A stretch of DNA of 64,000 nucleotides, taken from an uncultured Planctomycetota bacterium (lineage in GTDB: Bacteria > Planctomycetota > SKW154 > DAOVDS01). The translations under genes were made by a program, and so were the position numbers. Numbering within the stretch: position 1 is the first letter of the stretch; each line of letters opens with the position of its first letter. The DNA lies in NCBI GenBank assembly GCA_964641955.1, contig CAZXNM010000005.1:164066-228065 (forward strand). Direction: 5' to 3'. The notes under the pieces were generated by a model. The model saw only the letters and a program-made list of their open reading frames with translations, was not told the DNA's origin and did no database searches. Positions 45,856-55,089 of the stretch are shown piece after piece.

Positions 45856-46329
45856 CTCCACTTCGTCATTACGAGCAGGGCGAAGCCCGGCCATGCCCAT
45901 TGGCTATTGGCTTCTTGGCCTCTGGCCCTGTGTACTGTCTACCGTCTACTGTATAGGAGTTTTGGGTACACGATCCGGAGTTCAGTGGAGTTCCGGTCAT
46001 GTCCCCAAAACTCGGGAGGCGTCGGGACATGATCAACTTGTCGCCTGTCGTATGTTTCGCCAAACTGCCTGGCGTTTGGCTTCGCCAAGCCGCCAGTGGG
46101 CGAGAACATACTTTCGGCGATCTGGCGCTTAGGTTTTTATCGCCTTACGTAATTCTGCTGCGCAGAATGACTCCCGGCGATGTGGCGCTGAACTTGTACT
46201 GCGCAACGGAACTGCGCCAGAGTCGTGTCCCAGAGACGCCGGCTGCGCCAGGGAAATCAGACCGCCACGCGGCGATGCCCGCCGCTTGCGGCGCCGGTAA
46301 TCAAGCCTCGTCAAGTAGTTGAGAATAAA

Positions 46330-46358
46330 GTTGACCCCGGCGGTAGGTATTCGTATAC
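46330..46358 (+). promoter_or_regulatory. candidate sigma70 promoter (TTGACC-N17-TATACT)
   Basis: Located 45 nt upstream of ATG 46404, which carries RBS AAGGGAGGAG. Confidence 0.5.
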
Positions 46359-46403
46359 TGCAGCTTCTTTGCGGGCTTCGGATATTTAAAGGGAGGAGAA
46401 CTT

Positions 46404-49367
46404 ATGTATCGTATCGGGACCTTATTTGTGGCATTTGTCCTTGCCGCCCTCGTCATGTCGAGCGCGGGCTGCAAGAAGGAAGGCGACACTATAATAGCGG
46501 GCGGGAACAAGCCACCGGAAGTGGAGACCATTCCCGACCAGACAGCGACTGTCAACGTGCCTTTTGCGCTCGACCTGTCGCTCTACGTCAGCGACAGGCG
46601 CGACGACATCACGAGCCTGAACTTCTACATCCTCTCGGGTGAAGGGTCATTCACAGGCTCGATGTACAACAACACGTTCAGCTCTACCGGCCTCAAGACG
46701 GTCACGTTCGTCGTACTGGACAGCGAGAGCGCCGGGACGCGCGCATCCTTCAGCGTGAATGTCATCGCGCCGCCGCTTGCCGACTTCGTGGCTGATGTGA
46801 CGTACGGGGTCGCACCGCTCGACGTTGCCTTCACAGACCTCTCGACCGGTGATTTCAACGCGTGGTCGTGGGACTTCGGCGACGGCGGCACGAACACGGA
46901 GCAAAACCCGGCTTACCAGTACACCGTTGCGGGCCTCTACGACGTGACCCTGACGATAACGGGCCCTGGCGGGACGGACGCGCTTACGAAGCATTCGTAC
47001 ATTCAGGTGCTCGACCCGGCGGCAGGGATATGGTACGTCGATTCGGCCAACACGGCCGCGACGGTCCATGACGGCCTCGCCTGGGACACGGCTTTCCTCG
47101 AAATCCAGAGTGGAATCGATGCCGCCACGGACGGAGACATGGTCCTCGTGGCGGATGGCGATTACGCCGGCACGAGCAACGTTGACCTCGACTTTGGCGG
47201 CAGGCTGATAGTCCTCAAGGCGTGGGACTATTACGGAAGCGGCGTCTGCACGATAGACTGCGAGGACGCCGCGCGCGCCTTCTACTTCCACTCGGGTGAG
47301 ACGAACGAGGCGGTCGTAGACGGTTTCACTATTGCAAGCGGCTATACGATCGCCACCGGCGGGGCTTTCTGCCTGGATGCGTCGAGCCCCACTATCAGCC
47401 GATGCACCATCACATCCTGCCTCGCGGACGGGGGCGGCGGCGCCATAGCCTTTGTCTCAGCCGCGCCCGTAATTACAGGCTGCACGGTATCGGACAACGA
47501 ATCGCCGGCTGGCGCAGGCATTTTTGCGATAACGACTTCTGCGACGACGATTATCTCCGACGGCACATTCTCAGGGAACTACGCGAGCAGCGTCGGCGGA
47601 GCTATCTTCGGAGTAACGGTCGTTCTGGATATCGACCACTGCACGTTTACAGAGAACTTGACGACAGGCGACGGGGGGTGTCTCTTCGCCGCGACGTCGA
47701 GCGATGTGAGCGTGGTGAACTGCACCATGAGCCGCAACCAGGCGAACACCTACGGGGCCGGTTTCTACGTCAATGACGACTCCGTTATAACCGTAACCGG
47801 CAGCACCTTCACAGGCAATAAGTGTGGCATGGGTGCAGGCATCGCCGGTGTCCTGTCCAGCGTGAGCGCGTCAAATTGCACCATGTCGGGAAACAACTGC
47901 ATGGTATTCGGCCCGGGAATCTGCGCGATGGGAGACACCAGCACGCCCCATGGATACAGCCTGAATGTGGCAAATTGCACGTTTTCAGACAACTCGGCCA
48001 TGTACGGCGCCATTACTTCCATGGGGACGGACACCACGATAAACAACTGCCTTTTCCTCGACAACGAGGGCATGGTTAGCGCATCGCTCATGTTCCAGGG
48101 CAGCGATACGGACCCGGCGTATTTTACGACCCTCGTCACGAACTGCACCATGACGGGCAACAGTGCCATGATGGGTGGCGCCGTCTGCGGAATGTATACG
48201 ACCGCGACAATACAGGACTGCACCATATCCAATAACTATGCCGGACAGGCAGCAGGCGGCATGATACTGGGCGGAGATTCGGGGTATTCCATGGTGACGA
48301 TAAAGGACTGCACCTTCATGAACAATCGCAGCGGCATGATAGCCGGCGCCCTGGAGCTTCAGGATGGCTGCGACCCCGCGACCATTACCGGATGCACGTT
48401 CTCCGGCAACTCGACGACCAACAGTGGCGGAGCCGTTGATGTGGGGGGCACGGGCAGCGGCGCTATGACCCAGACGATATCTTTCACTAACTGCGAGATA
48501 ACGGACAACAGCGCGACCATAGTAGCCGGAGGCATATACTTAACGGATTACTTCGACGCCACTATTACCGCATGTACGATAACAGGCAACAGCGCAACTC
48601 AGGTAGGTGGAGGTGTATATGCTTACAACGACAGTTCCAGTTACACCTCCACGCTGGGAATAACCGATGCTGTCATCGAGGGCAATACCGGAGGCATAAT
48701 GGGCGGCGGGCTGTACGCTCAAGGCGGCTACATGGCCCTGGGCCCCGTTTCGAACTGCGTGATTTCAGGCAACGAAGCTTTCAGCATTGGTGCCGGCGCC
48801 TACATCGACACCGGTGCCGCCGTCAACCCCACCACGCCCCTGTTTACAAACTGCCTGATTACGGACAACTTCGGCGTCATGAACGGTGGTGGAATAAACC
48901 TCAACGGTCACATGAGCCCCATATTTACCAACTGCACAATTGCGAACAACAAGGCATCCATGGCGGGCGGCGGCTTTGTCTGCAGCTCTTCGAACGTGAC
49001 CGCCACGCTGGAAAACTGCATTATCTGGGGCAACACGGCTACAACCGAAGGCGCCCAGATATACTACGGCGATTCCACACTTTTGCTTGTAAGCTCGGAC
49101 TACTCCAACGCCTCGGGCGATATCGGCGGCACGGGAGGCGCGTTTACGCCGGACGGCGGCTGCAAGACGGTCAACCCGCTGTTCGTGACGGGCCCGAAGG
49201 GCGGCTACTACCTCAGCCAGATTGCGGCTGGCGAGCTGGTTACGAGCGAGTGCGTCAACGCTGGCGCGGGCACGCTGGCGGCAATCGGCATCGACGGCAA
49301 GACGACCAGGAGCGACGGGGTAATCGACACCGACCCGCCCGACATGGGCTATCATTACGACCAGTAG
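46404..49367 (+). CDS. lipoprotein paralog: PKD domain + ~600-aa right-handed parallel beta-helix repeat region
   Basis: Lipobox SSAGC. PKD motif WSWDFGDGGTNTEQNP.Y.Y...G.YDVTLTITG. The CTIDCEDAARAFYFHSGETNEAVVDGFT segment is near-identical in architecture to the 36306 gene. Dozens of C/T-rich NxxGG beta-helix rungs. Confidence 0.7.
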   Translation: MYRIGTLFVAFVLAALVMSSAGCKKEGDTIIAGGNKPPEVETIPDQTATVNVPFALDLSLYVSDRRDDITSLNFYILSGEGSFTGSMYNNTFSSTGLKTVTFVVLDSESAGTRASFSVNVIAPPLADFVADVTYGVAPLDVAFTDLSTGDFNAWSWDFGDGGTNTEQNPAYQYTVAGLYDVTLTITGPGGTDALTKHSYIQVLDPAAGIWYVDSANTAATVHDGLAWDTAFLEIQSGIDAATDGDMVLVADGDYAGTSNVDLDFGGRLIVLKAWDYYGSGVCTIDCEDAARAFYFHSGETNEAVVDGFTIASGYTIATGGAFCLDASSPTISRCTITSCLADGGGGAIAFVSAAPVITGCTVSDNESPAGAGIFAITTSATTIISDGTFSGNYASSVGGAIFGVTVVLDIDHCTFTENLTTGDGGCLFAATSSDVSVVNCTMSRNQANTYGAGFYVNDDSVITVTGSTFTGNKCGMGAGIAGVLSSVSASNCTMSGNNCMVFGPGICAMGDTSTPHGYSLNVANCTFSDNSAMYGAITSMGTDTTINNCLFLDNEGMVSASLMFQGSDTDPAYFTTLVTNCTMTGNSAMMGGAVCGMYTTATIQDCTISNNYAGQAAGGMILGGDSGYSMVTIKDCTFMNNRSGMIAGALELQDGCDPATITGCTFSGNSTTNSGGAVDVGGTGSGAMTQTISFTNCEITDNSATIVAGGIYLTDYFDATITACTITGNSATQVGGGVYAYNDSSSYTSTLGITDAVIEGNTGGIMGGGLYAQGGYMALGPVSNCVISGNEAFSIGAGAYIDTGAAVNPTTPLFTNCLITDNFGVMNGGGINLNGHMSPIFTNCTIANNKASMAGGGFVCSSSNVTATLENCIIWGNTATTEGAQIYYGDSTLLLVSSDYSNASGDIGGTGGAFTPDGGCKTVNPLFVTGPKGGYYLSQIAAGELVTSECVNAGAGTLAAIGIDGKTTRSDGVIDTDPPDMGYHYDQ

Positions 49368-49435
49368 GGAGTTAAGGGTAGAAAGAAAAACAGCCGGGGG
49401 CAGGGGGCTTCCGGCTGTTTTTATCTTTGACGGGA

Positions 49436-50302
49436 TTACTTTGCCACTGCGTCCTGTTCTCTTTTCAGGACGAATATCATGTACCGAACCTTCTGGAGAT
49501 AATTGTCCCTGTCGAGCAGCCTGGGTATGGTCTCGTAGAAGTCGCGGCCTATCTTCTCGATGCGGGCCCTGAAGAGTCTTCGTACAAAGTTCCAGAGCAC
49601 CTGGTAGAATTTTCTCCTCTCGACGCTGTCATGCAAGGAGGTAAGAAGCGTCCGCGCAATCGGCACCGCGTATTCCTTGTACATTCTCAGCGTCAGTTCC
49701 AGCGTCGGGGCTGTCTGAAGCGTGATGTCCCTGGAGTACTCTATTCTGAATCCGTGCCTGCCTGCCGTCTGGTGGAAAGCGTCCAGCGTGTGCCAGTCCT
49801 TGTAGTCTTTTGTCGCGCTTTGTCTGAAAGTGTCGGAAATCAGTATTGCCCCGCCGGGTTCTAACACATCTAGGAATTTCCGGAACCCTCTTTCAAGCCT
49901 AACGTACTGGCACGATTCCATCTGCAGGAGAAGGTCGTATTTCTTCTGTGCGGTGAAGTCCTCGAACTTGCAGGAGTGAAGCGTTAGCTCCGGGTGCTCT
50001 TCTGCTATCTTGCGGTTGAGCAGAACATCTGGCGAGACGCACTCGACCTCGTATCCCTGCTTGTGCAGGCGCGCCGCGACCGTTCCCGTCCCGCACCCGA
50101 TATCGAGAATCGTCCGCGTGCCTTCTGGTATCCGGCCTATAACCTCCTGAACGTACTGCTCTTGGGCGGCGCGGATAGTCCCGTAGTCCGCCGCCAGGCC
50201 GTTATCCCAGTAGCCGAAATGGAGAAGGTCCGACTTGGTAATATTCAGTGCGAACTGCAGCCCGAAATCTTTGCGTACCGTCATTGCCCCGAATAATACC
50301 AT
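49436..50302 (-). CDS. class I SAM-dependent methyltransferase
   Basis: Motif I ILDIGCGTGTVA, post I acidic residue E..., and motif II/III pattern. The exact start is uncertain (M18 or M24 of the ORF-track ORF). Confidence 0.65.
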   Translation of the reverse strand: MVLFGAMTVRKDFGLQFALNITKSDLLHFGYWDNGLAADYGTIRAAQEQYVQEVIGRIPEGTRTILDIGCGTGTVAARLHKQGYEVECVSPDVLLNRKIAEEHPELTLHSCKFEDFTAQKKYDLLLQMESCQYVRLERGFRKFLDVLEPGGAILISDTFRQSATKDYKDWHTLDAFHQTAGRHGFRIEYSRDITLQTAPTLELTLRMYKEYAVPIARTLLTSLHDSVERRKFYQVLWNFVRRLFRARIEKIGRDFYETIPRLLDRDNYLQKVRYMIFVLKREQDAVAK

Positions 50303-50483
50303 ATTACCCGCCGCCGCGTCAAATGTAATTAGCCCGCAGGCCTGCACCGGCAAGCCCGACGTAGTGGGTAAAAAATGCAGAAAAGGTGTGGACAGGGGAT
50401 TGACTAACTGTTATTTTATGGATTCGATTCAGGGGAGAGCTAAACGTTTCGGGCGCGGTGCTGCCCGGTGAACGGGAGGTGTA

Positions 50484-51170
50484 ATGGTGTCGAGAATACT
50501 GCTGTTTGCCCTCGGAGCAGTGATACTCACGTCGGCAGGGTCGGGCTGCGCGCTCGGGATGTGGGCGGCGGACAGGAGCAACGACTTCATTGATATGTTT
50601 GGGCTTCGCGTGTGTGGCAACATGGGCCTGGGCCTCGAAGCCAACGTGCGAGCGACGGAGCTTTTCCAGACGGGGCTCGGCTGGTCGGAGAAGTACTGCA
50701 TAGGGTTCAAGGGCAGGGACGTGGGCGCATACCTGGAGCAGTCCTACTCGCTTCCTTTCATCGCTTCGGACTGGCTGCCCTGGGCTTATCCCTCGCCGTT
50801 CGGCTCCGAGCGATGCGTCAAACGCGAGGCGCAGGGCGGGACGTTCCCGGATGTCTCGGTTTCGAGGCAGGTATTCTGCGGCGCGCCCTCGGACGTCGCG
50901 TTTGGAAGGAAAGGCGAGAAGACCAAATACGACCGGCGATACGACGAGGTGGGATTCAGCGCCTACGCCATAATGGTGGGCGTGGAGGCCGAGGTACGGC
51001 TGCTTGAAGTGCTCGACTTCGCGCTGGGCATGGCGACGTTCGGGCTGGTTGATATAATGGGCGACGACTGGCTGCAGCAGCCACCGGAAGTCCGCGCCAC
51101 GTGGTGGAAGAAGAAACCCAAGAAAGTGACGCCGAAGAAAAAACCGGAAAAGACGCAGCCATCCAAATAG
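50484..51170 (+). CDS. hypothetical lipoprotein with Lys/Pro-rich C-terminal tail
   Basis: Signal plus Cys (LTSAGSGC). C-terminus KKKPKKVTPKKKPEKTQPSK. No recognisable domain. Confidence 0.45.
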   Translation: MVSRILLFALGAVILTSAGSGCALGMWAADRSNDFIDMFGLRVCGNMGLGLEANVRATELFQTGLGWSEKYCIGFKGRDVGAYLEQSYSLPFIASDWLPWAYPSPFGSERCVKREAQGGTFPDVSVSRQVFCGAPSDVAFGRKGEKTKYDRRYDEVGFSAYAIMVGVEAEVRLLEVLDFALGMATFGLVDIMGDDWLQQPPEVRATWWKKKPKKVTPKKKPEKTQPSK

Positions 51171-51190
51171 ATTAGGTATCCCGGACGAAG

Positions 51191-51235
51191 CGAAAAAGAA
51201 CAAGCCCCGCTGCAAGGCGGGGCTTGTTGAGTTTG
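51191..51235. terminator. intrinsic terminator between convergent genes (strong for the minus-strand flotillin gene)
   Basis: AACAAGCCCCGC-tgcaag-GCGGGGCTTGTT stem with a T-run on the minus strand (CTTTTTCG). Confidence 0.7.
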
Positions 51236-51242
51236 TCCGGGA

Positions 51243-52814
51243 TTACTTCTTGCCGGTCTGCTGCTTGAGGTATGTGCCCATCAGCGCATCGAGCAGGTTT
51301 CCCTGGCCGCCGGATACTGACACGTCGGGCACGACCTTGATGTTGCCGGAGGCGATTTCCTTGAGGAATTCGAGCAAGGCGATATTCTCCTGGCCGAGTT
51401 CCTTGACGAGCTTGGCGTAAGCCTGCGCCTTCGCCTCGCCGACCTTGAGTTCCTTCGACGCCTCGGCGACGGCAATAAGCTCGATTTTCTTTGCCTCGGC
51501 CTGGGCGGTTCGCTCGATTGCGCGTGCCTCGCCATCGGCCTTCTTCTCGGCGGCATCGGCTTCCTTCTCGGCTATTTTAATCTTCTGCTCGGCGATGACG
51601 ACCTTCTTCTCCTCTTCCGCTTCCTGGTCCTTGCGGTTGAGGACCTTCTCCTCTTCTGCGGCTTTCTGCTGGCTGATATAGGTGTCCATCTGCTCCTTTG
51701 CTATCTGACGGTCGGTCTGGGTCTTTAGGAGCGCGGCGAGCTGCGGGTCCTTGCTGAAGTCAATGTCGCGAATGTAGACCTCGTGAATCTTGACCTTGTG
51801 CTGCTCAAGCCTCTTTGAGAGATTGGCGAGGACGAGCTGCTCCTGCTGCTCGCGCTGGAGAATGAAGTTGAGCATGGGAACGTTGCCGGCCGCGTTCCTG
51901 AACTCGGCGCGGATGGCTGGAACAACGAGCCGCCCTTCGAGGCCCTTGTTGTCCACGAAGCGGGCGACTATCTCGGCCGCGAATTCCTCCTCTATCTGGT
52001 AGGTGACATCCACATCTATGGGGGCCTCGAAGCCATCCTGGCTGCGGACCGTTATCTGTCCGCCGTCGAGGTTCGACTGGGTCTGCGGGTTGAACTTGAG
52101 CGTTTCCTTCTTGACGCTTATCTTGTTTATCTCGAATGCTTCGGTGTTCAAGTAGTACATTCCCCGCGAGAGCGGAGTAGCGACTATACCGCGGTAGGTG
52201 CGGTCGGGTACGGTGAGTGTTCCGGTCTGGGATTCCCTGCCGACGTTGGATTTGATGACGCCTACTTCGCCGACTTTTATGTTCGTTGCGGGCACTATCT
52301 TGATTCTGAAGTGGTCGGTGTTGAGCCGGTATTCACCCGGCGGCAGGACGGAGGTCTGCGGACCCTTGTAGCCGTGATCCTTGGTGAGGAAATACTGCGA
52401 GTCGAGCATTTTGTCGAATTCCTCTTCGGACCATTCGGGCGCGAAGGTCTGTCCCCTGGGGAGGGCCTTGCCATCGATGGCGTTTATCAGGCCGACGCTG
52501 TTTTCCGGTATCTTGACAACGGGAACTTTCTTGATGTCGTACTTCCACGGCCAGTAGAAGAAGTGGTATCCGGGTCCGAGCACCCAGGCCTGAATTCCCT
52601 TCTCGCCGTTGGCGGCGATTATCTTGCCTGCGGGCATGTCGTCGCCGAGAGTGATTGTGACAATGCCAGCCTCCTTCTCGCCGACGGTCGTAAAGGTCAT
52701 TAGCAGAATGATAATGAGAACCACAATGCCCGCGCCGGCAGTGATTACAATGCGCTTCATGCGCCTGTCGAACTTGGACCCTTCGAACGGGTCGATTACG
52801 TCGCGATTGGCCAT
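51243..52814 (-). CDS. flotillin-like SPFH/band-7 domain protein
   Basis: N-terminal TM helix, an SPFH domain, then a long Ala/Glu/Lys-rich coiled-coil (EA-repeat-like) region typical of flotillins. Confidence 0.8.
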   Translation of the reverse strand: MANRDVIDPFEGSKFDRRMKRIVITAGAGIVVLIIILLMTFTTVGEKEAGIVTITLGDDMPAGKIIAANGEKGIQAWVLGPGYHFFYWPWKYDIKKVPVVKIPENSVGLINAIDGKALPRGQTFAPEWSEEEFDKMLDSQYFLTKDHGYKGPQTSVLPPGEYRLNTDHFRIKIVPATNIKVGEVGVIKSNVGRESQTGTLTVPDRTYRGIVATPLSRGMYYLNTEAFEINKISVKKETLKFNPQTQSNLDGGQITVRSQDGFEAPIDVDVTYQIEEEFAAEIVARFVDNKGLEGRLVVPAIRAEFRNAAGNVPMLNFILQREQQEQLVLANLSKRLEQHKVKIHEVYIRDIDFSKDPQLAALLKTQTDRQIAKEQMDTYISQQKAAEEEKVLNRKDQEAEEEKKVVIAEQKIKIAEKEADAAEKKADGEARAIERTAQAEAKKIELIAVAEASKELKVGEAKAQAYAKLVKELGQENIALLEFLKEIASGNIKVVPDVSVSGGQGNLLDALMGTYLKQQTGKK

Positions 52815-52849
52815 GTCTTTCCTCCATGCAGTTGAGTTATGCTGCTTGC

Positions 52850-53320
52850 CTAATTCCTCAATACTGCGATAAGCCTCTGAGGCTCCGTCAGGAGCTTAAG
52901 GCCGTCTTCCACGCTTCTCACCATTATTCGGGCGGAGGCGACCGCCATCTTGTTGGCGCCTTCCTCGCCGAGGATGCACACGCCCAGCGCGGCCCGCGCC
53001 AGCATCAGCGCGTCGTTGCGGCCGTTTCCGAACGCGGCCGTGTGTTCCGGCCCGAGCTGTTTTAGAAGCTGCAGCTTGGCATCGTCCTCGGACATGCCTG
53101 TGGGCAGGGCAAGCAGCTCGACGGGCAGCCCGGCGCACTCGGAGGCCGCGTTGCCGCGGGTGTCGGCGGTCGCCACGTAGAGCTTCGCCGACTGCGCGAG
53201 TTCTTCGAGCAGTTGCCTTGCCGGTTCGCTGATTTTGCCGCCCTGCGCCAGCGTGCCGTTGAAATCAAGCAGCACGCTGTGAATGTCGAGCGGCTCTGCG
53301 CCGGAGATGTCGAACTTCAC
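52850..53320 (-). CDS. HAD-superfamily hydrolase (small, subfamily III-like)
   Basis: Motif I-like LLDFNGTL, motif IV GNGRNDALML. 156 aa. Confidence 0.55.
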   Translation of the reverse strand: MKFDISGAEPLDIHSVLLDFNGTLAQGGKISEPARQLLEELAQSAKLYVATADTRGNAASECAGLPVELLALPTGMSEDDAKLQLLKQLGPEHTAAFGNGRNDALMLARAALGVCILGEEGANKMAVASARIMVRSVEDGLKLLTEPQRLIAVLRN

Positions 53321-53494
53321 TTCGCGCCTCCTGATTTGCCTTGCTCGAACAATCTTATCGAACGGCGAGCATAATGCAACCCTTTAACGGACTGTTTAGG
53401 CGGACGGTCGCGGGAAGAACACCCGAATTGGCTTGACTGGGCGGAACGAGCTTCATAAGATGTGCTTTTCCCCGCATGTCCGGAGGTGACATTC

Positions 53495-55075
53495 GTGGCA
53501 AAGGCTGTCGGCTGTCTTGCATTCCTCGTCGTCCTGCTCGTGTGTGCCGAAGCGTTTGCCTCGGGCGAGCGTGCGCCCGAGTTGGGGGTCCGGCTTGCGG
53601 CGCTGTTCCAGGCAGAGGAGCCAACGGGGGAGACGGAACCGGCAAAGGACGAGGCCCGGGACGAGACGCATACATTCGGCCTGCCGGGATGGTGGGGCTA
53701 CGAGAGAACCAGGAGTTCGCGCAGCACGGCGTTTCTGCCTTTCTATTACAGCTACAAAGACGATAAAATCTCTATGCAGCACTTCTGGCCGCTCTACGGC
53801 TGGAAGAAAACCAGCGATACAACCCGGCACCCGTTGAACCCGGGCGTTACGTATCCTCCCTATGACACGCGCTACTTGCTCTGGCCTTTCTTCCGGTACA
53901 CGAGCTACGCGGACGGCGCGAAGCAGGTTGACTTCCCGTGGCCGTTCAGCCAGGTCTATGCCGGGCCGAAAAAGTTCAGCATGCACGTGTTCCCGCTGCT
54001 CTGGGTCAGCCACGGCGGGCGTTCCGACAGCTCGGTGGTGTTCTTCCCGCTGTACTGGCATTTCCTGAAGGAAAAGAGCCGTGCGAGAGTGGTCTTCCCG
54101 ATATACTGGGATGTCAAGGTGCCGGAGGGGCGGCTGTGGCACCTGTGGCCGCTGTACGGTTATTCGAAGGGAGCGGGGTATAGCTGCAAGTTGTTCGGCT
54201 TTCCCCTGCTGAGGTACGTGCGCCGCTGGGAGCCCGGTAAGCCTGTAGAAGACCAGCCCGCAGACAGGCAGGTGGACCTGGCGTGGCCGTTTATCAAACT
54301 CAGGGTCGGCCCGCTCAACAAGCAGTTTCACCTGTTTCCATTCTATTACGGCAAAACGTACTACCACGACCTGGAGGAGAAGAGGACGAAGCTTTACAAG
54401 CGCTACTGCTACATCCTGCCGCTGTTCTGGTATTACACGGACCGCGAGGAAAAGCACTTCCACCTGTGGCCCTTCGGCATAAGCAGAACGCACGACGGAA
54501 ACCTGAAGAAAATACACATCGCCTTCCCGCTGCTTTCGATTTTCACGAGGAAATCGGACGAGCTGGTCGAGGTGTCTTTCCCGACGTTCATCTCCCTGTT
54601 CAAGTACGAATCGAGAGCGGAGATTGTGGATTACAAGCAGGAAATGTACATGAGGAAGGGGCGCAGCGTGGCTGTGCGCCTGTTCCCGCTCTTCAGCTAC
54701 CGCTCGAACTCCGTCGCTTACCATCTATCGGTCAACCCGCTGTTCACGTACAACAGCGACCGCGTGTCGGGTTACAGCCGCTTCACGCTGGTGGGCGGAC
54801 TGCTCTTCATGCATCAGAAGATGCACACGAGGCTTGCCTGGCACCTGCTGCTCGGGCTCGCCGGCTACAACCGGCTGGACAACGGAGACAAGAGCTTCCG
54901 GATGCTCTGGTGGCAGTGCAAATGGGAGAAGGGCAAGACGGCATACCAGTTCGAGCCGTTGTTCCACTACCGGTCCGACGGGAAGGATTATGAAATTAGG
55001 TTCTTGACGGGTCTGTTCGGATTCGGCCGGAAAGACGGAGACAAATACCTGAGACTGTTCTGGGCCAAGTTTTAA
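53495..55075 (+). CDS. secreted repeat protein with ~20 tandem ~18-20-aa aromatic-proline repeats (consensus [FW]P[LF][LFY][WY])
   Basis: Start reassigned to GTG 53495 with RBS GGAGGTG, giving signal peptide MAKAVGCLAFLVVLLVCAEAFA. Repeats include FWPLYGW, LWPFFRY, FFPLYWH, VFPIYWD, LWPLYGY, LFPFYYG, ILPLFWY, LWPFGIS, AFPLLSI, LFPLFSY, EPLFHY and others. Confidence 0.6.
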   Translation: MAKAVGCLAFLVVLLVCAEAFASGERAPELGVRLAALFQAEEPTGETEPAKDEARDETHTFGLPGWWGYERTRSSRSTAFLPFYYSYKDDKISMQHFWPLYGWKKTSDTTRHPLNPGVTYPPYDTRYLLWPFFRYTSYADGAKQVDFPWPFSQVYAGPKKFSMHVFPLLWVSHGGRSDSSVVFFPLYWHFLKEKSRARVVFPIYWDVKVPEGRLWHLWPLYGYSKGAGYSCKLFGFPLLRYVRRWEPGKPVEDQPADRQVDLAWPFIKLRVGPLNKQFHLFPFYYGKTYYHDLEEKRTKLYKRYCYILPLFWYYTDREEKHFHLWPFGISRTHDGNLKKIHIAFPLLSIFTRKSDELVEVSFPTFISLFKYESRAEIVDYKQEMYMRKGRSVAVRLFPLFSYRSNSVAYHLSVNPLFTYNSDRVSGYSRFTLVGGLLFMHQKMHTRLAWHLLLGLAGYNRLDNGDKSFRMLWWQCKWEKGKTAYQFEPLFHYRSDGKDYEIRFLTGLFGFGRKDGDKYLRLFWAKF

Positions 55076-55089
55076 CGGGAGATGAAACG

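Noticed and set aside
45791-46322. Small ORFs (113 aa, 107 aa, 64 aa) in the 750-bp tupA / beta-helix intergenic region
   Set aside because: No RBS, no codon-usage signal and no recognisable motifs. The region is dominated by palindromic structure and a promoter.
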